From Salpingoeca rosetta (Eukaryota; Protista; Choanoflagellata), in the NCBI GenBank assembly GCA_033442325.1, contig JAWQFM010000009.1, forward strand, positions 385,346-449,345: a stretch of 64,000 nucleotides of DNA, in the 5' to 3' direction. A program made the position numbers and the translations under genes. Positions 55,530 through 64,000 of this stretch are shown in pieces. The notes below the pieces were generated by a model. That model was not told where the DNA came from. It did not search any database and saw only the letters and a list, made by a program, of their open reading frames with translations. Each line of letters opens with the position of its first letter. Position 1 is the first letter of the stretch.

Positions 55530-56476
55530 TGTGGGTGCGTGAACGTACGCGATGTGTTTGTCAGTGTCCACAAGGGATGAGAGCAGCCATCCTTCTGATC
55601 ACGCTTGAACAACATGAGTGTGTATATGTGTGTGCACATGCTCACCTTGTTTGCTTCTGATCCGCCATGACGATGGCTTTGACTAGGATGGAGTGTATGT
55701 GGGGAGATTGTTTGTTTGTGCACATGCATGAGCAAAGTGAGCGAGGCTTAAAACGTGACATGAGACGGCATGAACCAGCCACACACTCACGCACACACAC
55801 ACAAGGCATTTCTTACAACAATGGTGCAGCTCAACGCACTCAGTTTGGAAAAGCCGAGGCAGACGGCCTCCGCCAGGACGTCCCAGCCGCATGTGTTTGT
55901 CTTTCGCAGGTCTGCTCCGCGAGACAGCAACTGCAGGGCCAGATCTGGTGTATTGAAGCGCAGGTTTGAGTATGGAATCACGCAATTGGGAAGGAGAGGG
56001 AGAGGGGGAAATAAAGCCGTGTGCTCGAGCACCGTATTCACAGACAGACGCGCACACGCACACACACGCACACACATCCAAACACGCATACACACGCACA
56101 CATGCACGCACGCACGCACGCACACATACACACACACACCTTCTTTCTCGAGGACGACAGCCAGCATCAATGGCGTATTGCCTGTGAACACATATGCCAC
56201 GTCATAGTGTGATGTGGTGAGGTCTTGCTGCGGTGTCCAACGACGCCGTGTCTTCTTGCTGCAAGGGAACACACACACAGACTCAGGCACACACCACACA
56301 CACACACCACGCACCAAACACACATCATGTCACACACCGTGCTTGTCCTTTGTGTTGAGCTGCTTCTTTGTGAGTTTGCTGAGGACTGCGTCGTTGCCGT
56401 CAAACACGGCCCTGACCACCTCATCATCGAGCACCTCCGTCGACGTCTCCTGTGCGCCCTTGTTGTTCTTATCCAT
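52512..56476 (-). CDS. ANKRD13-family protein (N-terminal ankyrin repeats + GPCR-chaperone/ANKRD13 C-terminal domain)
   Basis: ATG at 56476. Motifs: KDKH|GNTPLMLAV; [19 protein letters not shown]; [30 protein letters not shown]; KNFTSTLW|[16 protein letters not shown]; [14 protein letters not shown]|[14 protein letters not shown]; AIPNDY. Stop at 52512-52514. No UIMs seen (ANKRD13C-like architecture). Confidence 0.9.
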
Positions 56477-57888
56477 CCTTGTTGTTGTGATCGCTGTCGC
56501 TGAGATCACGCTTCGTTGTTCACTTGCTTGCTGCTGTTTGTGTTTGTGTTGGAAAATGAATGGCTTGCACCGTCTTTCTTTGATGGCGCAATTCCACGAT
56601 GACGATGATGATGATGACGCATCGTCCAGCCTTCAACAACTTTAGAACTTTGGCTATTTTGCTTATTTTGGGTTTGCTTTGGGATGACGTCTTGAAATGA
56701 TGATGTGATGATGTGAGGAGACTGAGGAGAGAACTGGCATCATCAGCAGGCACGCTGACGTGTACATGATGTGACGTGGAATGAAGGGAGCAGAGTGACA
56801 TGAAGAAAGGAAAGAAACTAGAAGAAAGGTAAAGAAAGAGCAAGAGAAGGGAAGCGCTGAAGCGGGAAAGAAAAAAAAAGAACAAGGGTCAGAAAGAGAA
56901 AGGGGAAGGAGAGGGCGAAGTGCTGAAGTGCTGAAGCGATGGATCTCTAAAAGTTCTCGTGACTCACTCACTGTGTTCTTCTGTTATATGCTGTACATTG
57001 ATGTCCGGTGCGTGTGTGCAATCCATCCCACCGCAGCCATATTAACCCAACCCAAGATCTATGGAGCAGCAGGGCGGCAAGGTTGCTTGTTTGCATGTCA
57101 CTGGACAAGGACATCAAGACATCAATCTTAATCTCTGCGGCTGCAGTACTGCAGCAATCAAGACATGCAGAGGAACGAACAACTGAGGACACTGCTCCTT
57201 CGTATGCCCTATCATCACGCCTTCTGTCTTCTGTCGTTGGCAGCTGTCATAGGCAAGAACACGAAGGTAGAAAGGGCAGGGCGAGATGCCATTATAGGTT
57301 AGGAACACAAGAGGGCAAGAGCACGCTCCCCGCCTCGGGTTGATAGCCGCTTCATCCCCACAGCTTTTTGTTCTTCTGTCTTCTTCCGCATGCTCTCCCT
57401 CCCTACCTTCTCCCTCCATGGCCTTTTTCGCTCGCCTGAAAAGCACAAGCTCTAGAAGCTGCAAGACAAGAGTCAAAGAGTCTGAGTGAACGAACGCTGC
57501 CTTGTCCTTGTCGGGGCTGTGCAACTGTGCAAGGCAACTGTGTTTGTTCACATTACACCTAAGAGACAAGTGACGTGAGCCCGTGACATTAGACGGCCTA
57601 GACGGCCTCCTGATCATAGTCATAAGGATCACAAAGAACGATCACAACGATCACGGGAAAACGGGGAAAAGGGAAAAGCAGGAAGCTACTCAGCTAGGAA
57701 GGGAACTCATGTCTCTAGATGCTGTCTCAGCGTCACAGTCAGACTGTCACTGAACAAGAAGACAGGACCACCCTTCAGCTTCTTCGTTCATCATTAGCGC
57801 TGCCTGCACGCACGGCGGACATCAAAACAAACAGAGAGTTTAGTGGAAATTGCACATTTTGGACAGCAACGGAAACAGGAGGGAAGAG

Positions 57889-63907
<6,019 letters not shown>

Positions 63908-63911
63908 AAAC

Positions 63912-63917
<6 letters not shown>

Positions 63918-64000
<83 letters not shown>
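63918..64000. repeat. (TG)n microsatellite immediately 3' of the BBS2 stop
   Basis: Pure TG run to the window end. Confidence 0.95.

Noticed and set aside
57114-57632. 172-aa minus-strand ORF in the ANKRD13/BBS2 spacer
   Set aside because: Non-ATG start, no recognisable motif and no splice partners.

Overview
Eukaryotic, intron-dense, GC-rich genomic DNA whose introns are filled with (CA)n/(TG)n and trinucleotide microsatellites. This style, together with the gene content, suggests a choanoflagellate of the Salpingoeca type (inference). Most ORFs in the supplied track are repeat artefacts. Manual splicing of the non-repeat islands (GT..AG; reading phase checked across many but not all junctions) gives ten multi-exon genes: (1) an ABCA transporter (-, runs off the left end); (2) a ~12.8-kb receptor kinase with signal peptide, ~12 Kelch repeats, a Cys-rich (ephrin-receptor-like) module, EGF, TM and a TKL Ser/Thr kinase (-); (3) a PPxY/Cys-rich multi-pass membrane protein (+, 3' end lost at a gap); (4) an AKAP17A/XE7 splicing factor (-); (5) a WW domain fused to a poxvirus-VP39-type cap 2'-O-methyltransferase fold with substituted catalytic and SAM motifs (+); (6) a type-I membrane protein with a mucin/proteoglycan-like ectodomain and cytoplasmic ankyrin repeats resembling the Notch ANK domain (-); (7) HEATR1/UTP10 (-); (8) an ALKBH8/TRM9-like tRNA methyltransferase with a degenerate AlkB domain (+); (9) ANKRD13-like (-); (10) BBS2 (+). 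There are three N gaps. The best leads are the WW-VP39 pseudo-methyltransferase, the Notch-like mucin-ankyrin receptor, the double-Kelch receptor kinase, a shared AP-1-centred promoter motif, and GU/CA-polarised introns. All family assignments come from remembered motifs, not database searches.
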